64,000 nucleotides of DNA from an uncultured Clostridia bacterium (GTDB lineage Bacteria; Bacillota; Clostridia; Christensenellales; CAG-314): contig CANRHP010000002.1 in NCBI GenBank assembly GCA_947630455.1, positions 29,544 to 93,543 of the forward strand, given 5' to 3'. A program made the translations under genes and the position numbers. Of this stretch, positions 30,756 to 43,697 are shown one piece after another; positions within the stretch are counted from its first letter, which is position 1; every line of letters begins with the position of its first letter. A model generated the notes under the pieces. That model saw only the letters and a list, made by a program, of their open reading frames with translations. It was not told the origin of the DNA and ran no database searches.

Positions 30756-31889
30756 ATGGCAAACATATCACTCAAAAACATTGCAAAGGTGTACCCCGGC
30801 GGAGTCCGTGCGGTTCACGACTTCAACCTCGAAATCCACGACAAGGAGTTTGTCGTATTCGTAGGTCCATCGGGTTGCGGTAAATCCACAACTCTCCGTA
30901 TGATCGCCGGGTTGGAAGAGATCAGCGAAGGCGATCTCTACATCGACGACAGACGAGTAAACAATGTAGAACCGAAGGATCGCGACATAGCGATGGTGTT
31001 CCAAAACTACGCTTTGTATCCGTATATGACCGTGTTCGAAAATATGTCCTTCGGTCTGCGTCTCAGGAAGGTTCCCAAAAAGGAAATCGAGCAAAAGGTA
31101 AAAGCTGCGGCAAAGATATTGGGCTTGGAGGACTACCTCGATCGTAAACCCAAGAACCTTTCCGGTGGTCAGCGTCAGCGTGTCGCTTTGGGACGCGCAA
31201 TTGTACGCGACCCCAAGGTATTCCTTTTGGACGAGCCTCTGTCCAACTTGGACGCCAAGATGCGTACTCAAATGCGGACGGAGATCATCAAGCTGCACAA
31301 TCAATTGCAGGCAACCTTCATCTACGTCACCCACGACCAGACGGAAGCAATGACAATGGGTACCCGTATTGTCGTGATGAAGGACGGCCTCATCCAACAG
31401 GTGGATACCCCCGACAATCTGTACACCTATCCCGCCAACAAGTTTGTAGCCGGCTTCATAGGTACTCCGCAGATGAACTTCCTTGATGTCACAATGGAAG
31501 AAGAAGGCGAGGGCAAGGAGCGCAAGCTTTATGCGCGTATTGGGCGCAACCGTCTGCTCATCCATCCGGAAACAGTCAAGCGTCTCACCGTTGAGGAAGT
31601 CAACAAGCGTCAATTTGTGTTGGGCGTTCGTCCCGAGGACGTGCATTTCGGCAGCGAATATGCTGAGCAATTCCCCGATGCGGTCATCAAAGCAACCGTC
31701 AATGTTACCGAAAAATTGGGCAACGAAACTCTTATCTACTGTTCCATCGACGGCACCGATGCAGAGCTTGTTGTAAGAGGAGGTTCTCGCTGCAAAGTGG
31801 AACAGGAGGACAAAATTTTGGCATACGTTGACACGCAGCACATTCAATTGTTCGATTACGATACCGAACAAACATTGCTAAAGCGTTAA
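30756..31889 (+). CDS. Multiple-sugar ABC transporter ATP-binding protein (MsiK/UgpC/MalK type)
   Basis: 377 aa. Walker A 'GPSGCGKST', signature '[14 protein letters not shown]', Walker B 'VFLLDEPLS'. C-terminal regulatory TOBE-like domain. Confidence 0.95.
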   Translation: MANISLKNIAKVYPGGVRAVHDFNLEIHDKEFVVFVGPSGCGKSTTLRMIAGLEEISEGDLYIDDRRVNNVEPKDRDIAMVFQNYALYPYMTVFENMSFGLRLRKVPKKEIEQKVKAAAKILGLEDYLDRKPKNLSGGQRQRVALGRAIVRDPKVFLLDEPLSNLDAKMRTQMRTEIIKLHNQLQATFIYVTHDQTEAMTMGTRIVVMKDGLIQQVDTPDNLYTYPANKFVAGFIGTPQMNFLDVTMEEEGEGKERKLYARIGRNRLLIHPETVKRLTVEEVNKRQFVLGVRPEDVHFGSEYAEQFPDAVIKATVNVTEKLGNETLIYCSIDGTDAELVVRGGSRCKVEQEDKILAYVDTQHIQLFDYDTEQTLLKR

Positions 31890-31971
31890 AAAACGTTGCA
31901 TACTAAAGGTAATTCTTTCGGTATTTGCCGAATGTAATACAAAACAAAAAACTTTATAAGGAGAAAAAACA

Positions 31972-33900
31972 ATGAAAACAAAAAAGTTAGCGCTTGCCAT
32001 TTTGCTTAGCGTAGTAATGGTTGTTTCCGCTGTTCTTATCGTTGCTTGCGGCGAAAAGGAAGTAAAGATCGACCTGCTCGGTGCAAAAGATTGGGAAGGC
32101 TTCAATGACGAAGTTGCCTACACGATCAAGGACAACTCTGACGGATCCTTGCAGGTAGACTACGAAAAGAACGACACTTGGCAACTTTTCACTCGTACTA
32201 TGGTCGAATCCGTCGAAGACCTTGCCAAGGTCAAAAAGCTTGTTGCAAAGGTCAAGATGACCTCCGATCAAACAACGCCCGAACTGATGTTTAAGTTCGA
32301 AGGCAGTGACGATCCCGCCACTGCGGAAGTAACGATCCAGGTAGGCAGCGAATATAAGATCTATGAATGGACGCTCGGTCAGTACACGACAAGCAAAGCA
32401 TACGACCTCACCAAGGCATCGGCTTTGCGTATCTTTGCGGATCCCGGTGACGCAACTGCAAAGGGCAGCATCACCTTTGCCGAGCTGTATTTGTCCAGCA
32501 AAGAAGTCAATGAGGAAAATGCAGTCGAGCTGCCCGCACCTCCGGAGCCTCCCAAACCGGAAGTTCACGAGTGGAACGAGATCACAGCCGACAAAGCCGC
32601 GCTTTCCGTATGGGAAGACGGTGGATCTGGCGTATACAAGCTTACAAAGGACGGCACAACGTTAAAGGTTGCTGTTGACAAAGACGCTGTTGAAGGCGAT
32701 GACGCTTGGGCGGCAATGGTTGCCTATATCCACGGCGACGCTTTGAAGACTATGAAATCCTTCAAGATCGTTATCAAGGGAACAGCCGGTACCAGTGCTT
32801 TGGTTAAGCCTTTTGACGCATGTGAAACTCGTGTAAACTTTAACGGTATGCAACAAGAAGTGATCATAAACGTTGCAGCTCACGCTGCCGACGCCGCAAG
32901 AGATTTCTCCAAGAAAGACTTCCCCACAGGGGACAACAAACTGGCTATTTTGGCGTTGCCGAACAGCAACGAAGGCAAAACCGATATTGAAATAATATCT
33001 GCCGAATTCTCGACAGCAGAAGCACCCGAACCCGAGGCTGTTTCCTATCCCGGTGATTTGCTCAGTGGATTCAATACCGGTTGGAAAGATGGCGGCGACG
33101 GTCATTGGACAGTTGGTGATACTGAGGGTGTTCCCACTCTCACCTACAACGCAGGAAACAGCTGGTCCTCCGTTACTACGACGGCACTTATCGAAGGCGC
33201 TCCTTTGAACTACATTCTTTGGGAAGTAAAGGGCACCAAGGATACAGTCGGTATTCTCAGCGTGGAATTTTCCGACGGAGTGAAAGCCGAAGCTCACTTT
33301 GAGGGCAATGGCGCAGCCGGAGATCACGGCAAATTTACCGGTGAATGGCAAACGGTTGCCGTTCCTCTTGATAAGGCAAGATCCGGCGATGTAACCGTGC
33401 GTATTTTTGCCGGCTTCAATGATGGTGACCCCGCCGGTGAAATTCAAGTTAGACGTGCACAGTTTATGTATGTTGCAGCAGTAGCCGACACGACAAAAGA
33501 TTTTAATGCTAACGGTCTCTGGCTTAATGCAGTCAAGGACAGCGAACGCAACACGATCAAATATGAGAATGGCAAGACAACTATCACTTACAATACGGCA
33601 AGTTGGGACAGCGTTCTTGCTTGGATCGACCTCGGTGAAGGCGGCTACGATCATATCACAATCACCATCAAGGGATTGAAGGATCACACCGCAATAATCA
33701 AGGTTGGCACAACCGAAAAGAAATTTGAAGGCAACCCGGGGGATGAAGGTCGCTTTACAGGTGATGAACAGACAATTACCATTGATGTTTCCGGACTCAC
33801 GGGAATTGTGGAATTCAGAATGTTCTTTGACTTCAATTCGCTTGAAGGCGAAAGCGGCAGTGTGGAGATCACACAAGCTTTGTTCTCAAAAGCTGCCTAA
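31972..33900 (+). CDS. 642-aa lipoprotein made of four tandem beta-sandwich (CBM-like) modules
   Basis: Lipobox 'LIVAC|GEK'. Four ~140-aa units are separated by Pro-rich linkers ('PAPPEPPKPE', 'AEAPEPEA'). Each ends in a similar strand ('SITFAELYLS', 'IEIISAEFS', 'IQVRRAQFMY', 'VEITQALFS'). Units 3 and 4 share 'HFEGNGAAGDHGKFTGEWQTV' / 'KFEGNPGDEGRFTGDEQTI'. Confidence 0.6.
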   Translation: MKTKKLALAILLSVVMVVSAVLIVACGEKEVKIDLLGAKDWEGFNDEVAYTIKDNSDGSLQVDYEKNDTWQLFTRTMVESVEDLAKVKKLVAKVKMTSDQTTPELMFKFEGSDDPATAEVTIQVGSEYKIYEWTLGQYTTSKAYDLTKASALRIFADPGDATAKGSITFAELYLSSKEVNEENAVELPAPPEPPKPEVHEWNEITADKAALSVWEDGGSGVYKLTKDGTTLKVAVDKDAVEGDDAWAAMVAYIHGDALKTMKSFKIVIKGTAGTSALVKPFDACETRVNFNGMQQEVIINVAAHAADAARDFSKKDFPTGDNKLAILALPNSNEGKTDIEIISAEFSTAEAPEPEAVSYPGDLLSGFNTGWKDGGDGHWTVGDTEGVPTLTYNAGNSWSSVTTTALIEGAPLNYILWEVKGTKDTVGILSVEFSDGVKAEAHFEGNGAAGDHGKFTGEWQTVAVPLDKARSGDVTVRIFAGFNDGDPAGEIQVRRAQFMYVAAVADTTKDFNANGLWLNAVKDSERNTIKYENGKTTITYNTASWDSVLAWIDLGEGGYDHITITIKGLKDHTAIIKVGTTEKKFEGNPGDEGRFTGDEQTITIDVSGLTGIVEFRMFFDFNSLEGESGSVEITQALFSKAA

Positions 33901-33942
33901 CAGCAAATAAAACCGTATTTGCTCCTCTGCAAATAAAGGTAT

Positions 33943-33976
33943 CAAGAGCCTCGATTTACGAGGCTCTTGTTTGTTG
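33943..33976 (+). terminator. Rho-independent terminator of the glycan operon
   Basis: A perfect 11-bp stem 'caagagcctcg'/'cgaggctcttg' with a 5-nt loop, followed by 'tttgttg'. Confidence 0.8.
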
Positions 33977-34232
33977 CCCGGAGATCCCAAACACTTGACG
34001 CAGAGCCACTTTGACTCACTAATTATCGGCTTTACAGTCGTTGCAAATGTTTTTATTTTGAGTATACAGAGTGTAAAGAAAGCTTATTCAACCGCAGGTT
34101 GAGCGAAAATTCCCCGTTTGGTTGAGTAAATTGATGTCAATTCGCCAAATTATCGCTGTTTTTTCTTGATAAATTATCGTATAATGTATTCGTACAGATC
34201 GGTACAACATTATTTTTACAAGGAGATCAACA

Positions 34233-34721
34233 ATGCAAGAAACTTTCGGTCAACGCCTGCAGCGGCTGCGTAAGCAGGCAAACCTAACTCAGGAAGATGT
34301 TGCAGCCAAGCTTAATATCACATATCAGGCAGTATCAAAATGGGAAAACGACGTATCCGCTCCGGATATATCCGTACTCAATGAGCTGTCGGATATTCTC
34401 GACGTGTCTTTGGACGAGCTGCTGGGCAAGCAGCCTTCCATGCAGTACGTTTCCGAGCAAAACCGCAAGGACATCAACAAGATGTTTTTACGCATCAAGG
34501 TACTCAGCTCCGACGGCGACAAAGTCAATGTCAATTTGCCCCTTGCCGTGGTAAAGGTGTTTTTGGATAGCGGTATGGAAATTCCCGTTTCCGCAGGCAA
34601 GGTATCTCTCGACGGGATAAATTTCAAGCAGATTTACGAATTGGTAGAGAGCGGTGTGGTAGGCAAAATAGTAGAGGTGGAAAGCTCCGATGGCGATCGT
34701 GTGGAAATTTGGGTGGAGTGA
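34233..34721 (+). CDS. XRE-family HTH transcriptional regulator with C-terminal uncharacterised domain
   Basis: 162 aa. HTH 'FGQRLQRLRKQANLTQEDVAAKLNITYQAVSKWENDVSAPD'. Confidence 0.85.
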   Translation: MQETFGQRLQRLRKQANLTQEDVAAKLNITYQAVSKWENDVSAPDISVLNELSDILDVSLDELLGKQPSMQYVSEQNRKDINKMFLRIKVLSSDGDKVNVNLPLAVVKVFLDSGMEIPVSAGKVSLDGINFKQIYELVESGVVGKIVEVESSDGDRVEIWVE

Positions 34722-35092
34722 TGTATATCCGAGTAAATAAAAAGGGCAGATTGGGTATTCGTCTGTGGGTACCGTTGTCGCTGCTGAAAAGCAGATTTGT
34801 TGTAAGCTTGATTCGCAGATCTATCAAAGAGGACTGCGCCGAGCCTAACGAGTCGGCAGCAAATGATATCAGCGATGTCTCGAAACTGCCCGAACGATCC
34901 GATACCCATTCGGACGAAATAGAAAACGGTTGCAGTCAACAACAGCCGAGCGACGGCAAAGCCAAGCTGCCGACGCAAGAGCAGCTTACCGCTCTGTATC
35001 GTGCGCTTCGAAGTACGGTAAAATCATGCGGACACTTTGATCTTGTGCGCGTTTCGTCCGCCGACGGTGAAAACGTGTGTATAAGAATATAA
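34721..35092 (+). CDS. Small protein (123 aa) translationally coupled to the XRE regulator
   Basis: The ATG overlaps the upstream TGA (TGATG). Its N- and C-terminal segments resemble the regulator's C-terminal domain (see findings). Confidence 0.5.
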   Translation: MYIRVNKKGRLGIRLWVPLSLLKSRFVVSLIRRSIKEDCAEPNESAANDISDVSKLPERSDTHSDEIENGCSQQQPSDGKAKLPTQEQLTALYRALRSTVKSCGHFDLVRVSSADGENVCIRI

Positions 35093-35183
35093 AAAAGGTT
35101 CTACAAGCCGTGGAGCAAAAGAGACAATTTTAACACTGCTTTTTACGATCTGCATAGTAAAGCTTAAATGGTGTCTAAAAATT

Positions 35184-35220
35184 GACAGCGCCCTCCGAAA
35201 GGAGTGCGCTGTCTTTGTTT
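35184..35220. terminator. Bidirectional terminator between the XRE unit and nifJ
   Basis: Stem 'gacagcgccctcc'/'ggagtgcgctgtc' with a GAAA loop. T-runs follow on both strands. Confidence 0.75.
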
Positions 35221-35251
35221 TGTTGTAGTAAGCTTATCAAACAAATGGACA

Positions 35252-38911
<3,660 letters not shown>

Positions 38912-38971
38912 TTATGAGCAAAAACACGCTGATTATGTCAAAGTCTTTCGGAATGGTGTTTTTTGCTAAAC

Positions 38972-39003
38972 AAAAAAGGAGTATCGACAACGCGTACTCC
39001 TTT
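38972..39003 (-). terminator. Rho-independent terminator of the TetR/GPH/GH36/GT-B operon
   Basis: On the minus strand, the hairpin 'aaaggagta'/'tactccttt' is followed by 'tttttg'. Confidence 0.65.
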
Positions 39004-39022
39004 GATATTACTAAATAGTCAG

Positions 39023-40465
39023 TCAATCTTGTTTTTGTGTAGCCAATCGAACGCATTCGTATGCCCCATTATAGTAGCCCTGCGATTTCAGCTCTGTTAT
39101 TCTGTCGCAAATATGTGCAAGAATTTCTCCGTCTGTTATCACCTTATCAAGCATAGCGTTGATACTTTCTGCCGTAGGGTATTCGTTGAGCGAATCGCCC
39201 AATTCTCTGCCGTTTATTGCTCCGTAAACCTCGTGTCCGCCGATGTGGCGCATAAATATTTTCGGGATGGGGTAGTAGGCGAGCTCACTGGGTTTTGTGA
39301 TCAGCAAATCGCACACCGGCATCAACAAATTGGTGGAATACACCGCGCGGAAAATATCGTCATTGCACACGGCATACACGCCTTCGGCGTCATCGTCCTT
39401 GAGCTTATTGACAAGCGATTTGAGCCCATCGTAATCGTTGAAATAAGCCTTCAACGACGTCAGTCCTGTCTTTTTTACCAACTTTTCACACACATCCATA
39501 TGGTCGCCGAAGTTGATGAACAGAGCGGCCTTTTGCGAACGTATATATGGCATCAAATGCTTGACAATTGCCGCGAACATATCAAGTCCCGCTCCTGCAC
39601 CGCCTACAGTCATCAGCAGACGCAGCGGTTTGCCCTTTGAAATTCGCTCGATCCGTTTTTTGTTGTCCTCCTCAATGTTAACCAAAAGCTCATGATCCAC
39701 ATACCGCCCAACCGTTTTCAGATCGCATTCCGGAATGCCCTTCAGCGGCTTTTTGTCAAATCCGTCCAGCGTTTTGTAACCGAGATAAGCAAAAGGCGTC
39801 TGTACGGCATGTATCGCGCCTTCCGAAAGATGCAGACCCATCGGCCAATTGTCGGGGATAGCGTTTACTACGTGTTTCATTCCCGCATGTACCGCTGCCT
39901 GTGACGGCCAAACGTGCGTTGCAATGTACGGTATATTTTTATCTATATTTTTAAATATCGGTACAAGCAGCTCACTGTTTTTTTGGTCTACCGCATTGTA
40001 AGTAATTTTTTTGAAGCCCTCGCTATTCATCGGTTCCCACACCAATTTGTTGAATAGTCGCGATTTTTGCGAAATACGGGAAGCGAGAGAGTACAAATCA
40101 TTTTGTGCGCGTATCATTTTCGAGCCTGTGGCGTCGAATGATGCAAGATCCAGCCAATAAGGGGTATATCCGAGCGCACGTGCGCATGACGCCATAGCCA
40201 TCGAGATACGGTAGTGTCCAAAGCCCATACGTATGTTGCCTACGACGAGTGCGTTGTCGGCGAAATTCTCGTTGACGTTTCCGAATACAACATTCTGCGC
40301 ACCGATGAAATCCAGCGTTGTGATGGGCTCAAATGATATTTTGTAGTCCTTTCCCGAGTCATCGCCGAATTTTTTTATATATTTCTTTTTGCTTTTTTCC
40401 GCTTTTTTGACTGTATTTTTGTCTATTTCGTTGCCGAAAACAACCTTGGTTTTGTCAATATTCAC
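39023..40465 (-). CDS. GT-B fold glycosyltransferase-like protein (MurG/MGDG-synthase-like)
   Basis: 480 aa. GTG start overlapping the upstream stop (GTGA). N-terminal Gly-loop 'VGNIRMGFGHYRISMAMA'. C-terminal half 'LLMTVGGAGAG' and 'LLITKPSELAYYPIP...GGHEVYGAINGRELG' resemble the GT28-type nucleotide-sugar pocket. The assignment is by eye. Confidence 0.5.
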   Translation of the reverse strand: MNIDKTKVVFGNEIDKNTVKKAEKSKKKYIKKFGDDSGKDYKISFEPITTLDFIGAQNVVFGNVNENFADNALVVGNIRMGFGHYRISMAMASCARALGYTPYWLDLASFDATGSKMIRAQNDLYSLASRISQKSRLFNKLVWEPMNSEGFKKITYNAVDQKNSELLVPIFKNIDKNIPYIATHVWPSQAAVHAGMKHVVNAIPDNWPMGLHLSEGAIHAVQTPFAYLGYKTLDGFDKKPLKGIPECDLKTVGRYVDHELLVNIEEDNKKRIERISKGKPLRLLMTVGGAGAGLDMFAAIVKHLMPYIRSQKAALFINFGDHMDVCEKLVKKTGLTSLKAYFNDYDGLKSLVNKLKDDDAEGVYAVCNDDIFRAVYSTNLLMPVCDLLITKPSELAYYPIPKIFMRHIGGHEVYGAINGRELGDSLNEYPTAESINAMLDKVITDGEILAHICDRITELKSQGYYNGAYECVRLATQKQD

Positions 40466-42072
40466 AGTAATTTACCTCTTTTGGTATTGTATTTAACGGT
40501 TTGTTTGCAGCCATTGAGAGCGTAGTGGATTTCTATGATTTCACCGCGGCGCGTGTAATCAAGTACTTCCGCATGATAGAACAGCTCCAACATATCCGCA
40601 AGCAGCTTAAGCTTCACTTGGCTGTACTCGCGTATATTGTCCGAAGTCATCAAGACGTTGCCGAACAATGCGTTTATTGTGATCAAAGCTTCCTTTTGCT
40701 TTGGTGAAAGAGAAATATTGTCATCTCTCAGCAAAAACACGTCGGGATCGTTGGCGAACAATCTATTGTTGAAAAACGAGCGGTACACCGTGTTTTGCAG
40801 CGTTACTTTTGTGGAAATGCGTTCGCGGTGCATAAAACGCATATACCAAACATCGTCAAACTTCAGCGAAACGTCCGGACCGACACGCAAATAGTCAAAT
40901 TTTCCGATACAGTTGAAAACGGTTGCGCCGCAGCCCAAGATCAACTTGCTGCCCAAACATTCGCGCAAAAAAGCGTACGCTTTTTCTGCCGCGGCGCTGC
41001 GGCTTGTGCCTTTTTTAACATAAATGTTGGCGGCGTAAAGAAAATCAAGCTTAAAAAAGTCAAACCCCATATCCACATAGTGCTGCAGACAGCTTTTTAT
41101 ATAATTTCTTGCGTCCTCGTTGTTCAAATCCAAGGCATAAAATCCGCCCCAGTTGGAGCCGCATTTTACATAATCTCCGTTGTCAAAGCGTAAAAACCAT
41201 TCTTTGTGTAGTGTAAACAGCTCGCTGCTTTCCTGTGCGACAAATGGAGCCAGCCAAATTCCCGCTTTTAATCCTTTTGCATGCGCCGCGTCAGCAATCG
41301 GTTTCAAGCCGTCGGGGAACTTTGTTTTATCTACTTGCAGCCAGTCGCCAACCTTTGTTTCATAGCCGTCGTCAATCTGGAACAAGTCGAATCTTTTGTC
41401 CAGTGCCTCGAGATCTCGCAGCAACGTGTCTTGAGAGATATTTTGATAGTAATTATACCATGAGGTGTAGCCGAACAGCTTGGCGGTGTTTTTGCGCGGA
41501 AACATGCTTTCGAAACAAGCCATTCCTTGGGCAACACTGTCAAAAATACAGTAGTCGGCTACTGCCCATCTGTTTCCGATAGCTATCTCCGTTCCGTTGT
41601 AGTCATATGACAGCGTCAGCGTTTTGTCTTTTTTGTTTAATTCTATTATCAGGTAAGCGGCAGTGTAATTGAGATTGAAAACAAATTTTTCCCGTTTACC
41701 TTTGCAGTAAAATATGTCGTAGCCGTGCAATTTGTTTTTATCGTAACGGTAAAAGCCTGCGTCGCCGTAACGGTCAAATGAAAAAGCGTTTATCAGAAAT
41801 TGCGGCAGTCTGTTTACATTCTTTTCCCTTTCGTAGATATAAAACTCTTTGGTGTCTGTCCAGGATTGGTATCCGTTGAAAAAACACGCATCGTTTTTGT
41901 CGGGAGCAAAATTCAAATGCTGTTCAAAGCTCAGAAGCTTGATGCTTTTTTTTGCTTCGAGCAGAATTTTTGTGCGGCTGCCTTCTTCCGTATATATAAT
42001 AATGTCCTCGTTGCTTTCCGACGCGCTTTTTACTTCCTCGCCTATTTCGTAGCAAACCGTAAATTTAATCAT
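40462..42072 (-). CDS. GH36-clan alpha-galactosidase-like glycoside hydrolase (short, TmGalA-like form)
   Basis: 536 aa. 'FQIDDGYETKVGDWL', nucleophile region 'GFDFFKLDFLYAA' and acid/base region 'YLRVGPDVS'. Confidence 0.8.
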   Translation of the reverse strand: MIKFTVCYEIGEEVKSASESNEDIIIYTEEGSRTKILLEAKKSIKLLSFEQHLNFAPDKNDACFFNGYQSWTDTKEFYIYEREKNVNRLPQFLINAFSFDRYGDAGFYRYDKNKLHGYDIFYCKGKREKFVFNLNYTAAYLIIELNKKDKTLTLSYDYNGTEIAIGNRWAVADYCIFDSVAQGMACFESMFPRKNTAKLFGYTSWYNYYQNISQDTLLRDLEALDKRFDLFQIDDGYETKVGDWLQVDKTKFPDGLKPIADAAHAKGLKAGIWLAPFVAQESSELFTLHKEWFLRFDNGDYVKCGSNWGGFYALDLNNEDARNYIKSCLQHYVDMGFDFFKLDFLYAANIYVKKGTSRSAAAEKAYAFLRECLGSKLILGCGATVFNCIGKFDYLRVGPDVSLKFDDVWYMRFMHRERISTKVTLQNTVYRSFFNNRLFANDPDVFLLRDDNISLSPKQKEALITINALFGNVLMTSDNIREYSQVKLKLLADMLELFYHAEVLDYTRRGEIIEIHYALNGCKQTVKYNTKRGKLL

Positions 42073-42083
42073 AATTTCACCGT

Positions 42084-43622
42084 TCAGCTGTTTTCTTCGT
42101 CGGATCCGGCAATTTGAGCAGCATTTGCAGCTTCTTCGGGAGCTTGCTCTGCATTTTCCGTAGCGAGTTGCTGTTCAACATTGCTTTCGGGAGAATTGCT
42201 TTGTTCTTTTGCAATGGTTTTCATAATCTTTTTTTCGTTGTAGAAGAACAAAATCACTGCGCCGACTATACAAAAAGCTACGGCAACGGCGCCTACGATG
42301 GTCATTCCGAGTGTGGAAGCGGTTATATCGTTGCTTTGGGCATTTTGCGTAGTGCTGCCGATAATAGCCAGCGAAGTAAACAGCAGCATTGCAAGAGACT
42401 GACCGAATTTCATTGCGAATGTGCGCGCGGCAAAGAACATACCTTCGCGTTTTTCCCCTGTGGTTATTCCCTCTGCTTCTGCGACGTCCGCTACTATGGA
42501 TTGCGGAATAATGCCGAGCAGCGCCATGGGAAATGCCGCTATTACACATATAAGCACACCGAAAACCACGCCGGGGATAGTGCCTATTCCCAACAAACCG
42601 GTATTTTCCTTTGTGCCCAATATGCCTATCAGTGTGGCTATCATATAGGCGAGAGCCAATCCTAAAAATCCGGTGATCGTAAGCTTCTTTTTACCGAATT
42701 TTCTTACCAATCCGGACACAACGGGGTAAAATGCCGCCGAAAGCACCGTCATTCCGCCGAGGAAGTACATTGTAAAGGATTCGTCAATGTTCATCGACAC
42801 CTTTACAAAGAAAGGCAGACCTGTCTGGAACAGCGTCAATCCCACCCAGTACATGATGTCGGACAGTGCAAATGTGCGGAAATCCTTGTTTTTAAATGTG
42901 GCGGCAAGCGATCTGAACATATTCGATTCGGACGGTACGGCGTCCACAAAGTCCTTTTCTTTAAGAAGGAAAGTAGGCAGCATCATACATACCGCGGCGA
43001 TCACAGCCAGTACAATGAAGCAAATGCGGTAGCTCCAGGCAAAGCCTACGCTTTCGCGCAACATTCCCGCAAAAACAAATGGTGTGTATGCAAGCAAGGT
43101 GCCGGCAAAGTAAGTGAGGGAAATAGCGGTGGAAATGAACATTCTGTCCTCCTGCGTTTTGCCGAACTCGGATATCAGCGCATTGTAAGGAGTACAGTAC
43201 ATTGTCATAAACAGGTAAAACAATACGATGAAAATCGAAATCCAGGCAACGTTCCATCCGCTGATTGTCTCTACGGGTGCGCAGAAAAGCAGCACTGTTA
43301 CAACCGCCAAGGGAATAGCCGCGTATTGCATAAACGGTATGCGCCTGCCGCGCTTGTTTTTGCTTCTGTCCGAAAGCGAAGCGATCAAGGGATCCGTCAC
43401 CGCGTCAAAAACACGGCTCAAAGCTGTTATCAAACCCAAAATAGTCAAAAAACCGCCGATTATCAAGCCGGGTTTGATGTATTGCAGAGCGCCGCCCTCT
43501 ATGTCGCTTTGCGTCGGCAGATAAAAAGTCACAAGCCAAGCGCTGATAATACCGCTAAGCGTTGACCAGCCAAGCTGACCTATGGCAAATATCCACATTT
43601 GCTTTTTTGTTAGTCGTTTCAT
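42084..43622 (-). CDS. GPH-family glycoside/cation symporter (MelB-like MFS)
   Basis: 512 aa with ~12 TM helices. GPH signature 'DPLIASLSDRSKNKRGRRIPF'. Acidic C-terminal tail. Confidence 0.88.
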   Translation of the reverse strand: MKRLTKKQMWIFAIGQLGWSTLSGIISAWLVTFYLPTQSDIEGGALQYIKPGLIIGGFLTILGLITALSRVFDAVTDPLIASLSDRSKNKRGRRIPFMQYAAIPLAVVTVLLFCAPVETISGWNVAWISIFIVLFYLFMTMYCTPYNALISEFGKTQEDRMFISTAISLTYFAGTLLAYTPFVFAGMLRESVGFAWSYRICFIVLAVIAAVCMMLPTFLLKEKDFVDAVPSESNMFRSLAATFKNKDFRTFALSDIMYWVGLTLFQTGLPFFVKVSMNIDESFTMYFLGGMTVLSAAFYPVVSGLVRKFGKKKLTITGFLGLALAYMIATLIGILGTKENTGLLGIGTIPGVVFGVLICVIAAFPMALLGIIPQSIVADVAEAEGITTGEKREGMFFAARTFAMKFGQSLAMLLFTSLAIIGSTTQNAQSNDITASTLGMTIVGAVAVAFCIVGAVILFFYNEKKIMKTIAKEQSNSPESNVEQQLATENAEQAPEEAANAAQIAGSDEENS

Positions 43623-43697
43623 CTGTCTTATGGGCTTTTCCGTCCGAAAGAAATGCCCGCCTCCTTTTGTGTTTTTATTTACGTCGGACGCGTAAAT

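Noticed and set aside
30768-31871. 367-aa antisense ORF opposite the ABC ATPase gene. Similar long shadow ORFs: 32662-33876 (404 aa), 28110-29195 (361 aa), 22237-23349 (370 aa), 13255-14184 (309 aa), 26471-27439 (322 aa), 37814-38788 (324 aa) and 35579-36355 (258 aa)
   Set aside because: Each lies entirely inside a strongly supported gene on the other strand. They have Cys/Arg/His-rich, low-complexity translations, no RBS and no recognisable motifs. They are typical shadow ORFs.
38963-39640. 225-aa plus-strand ORF and other ORFs antisense to the GT-B and GH36 genes (40795-41193, 41235-41582)
   Set aside because: They overlap better-supported minus-strand genes and have no motifs.
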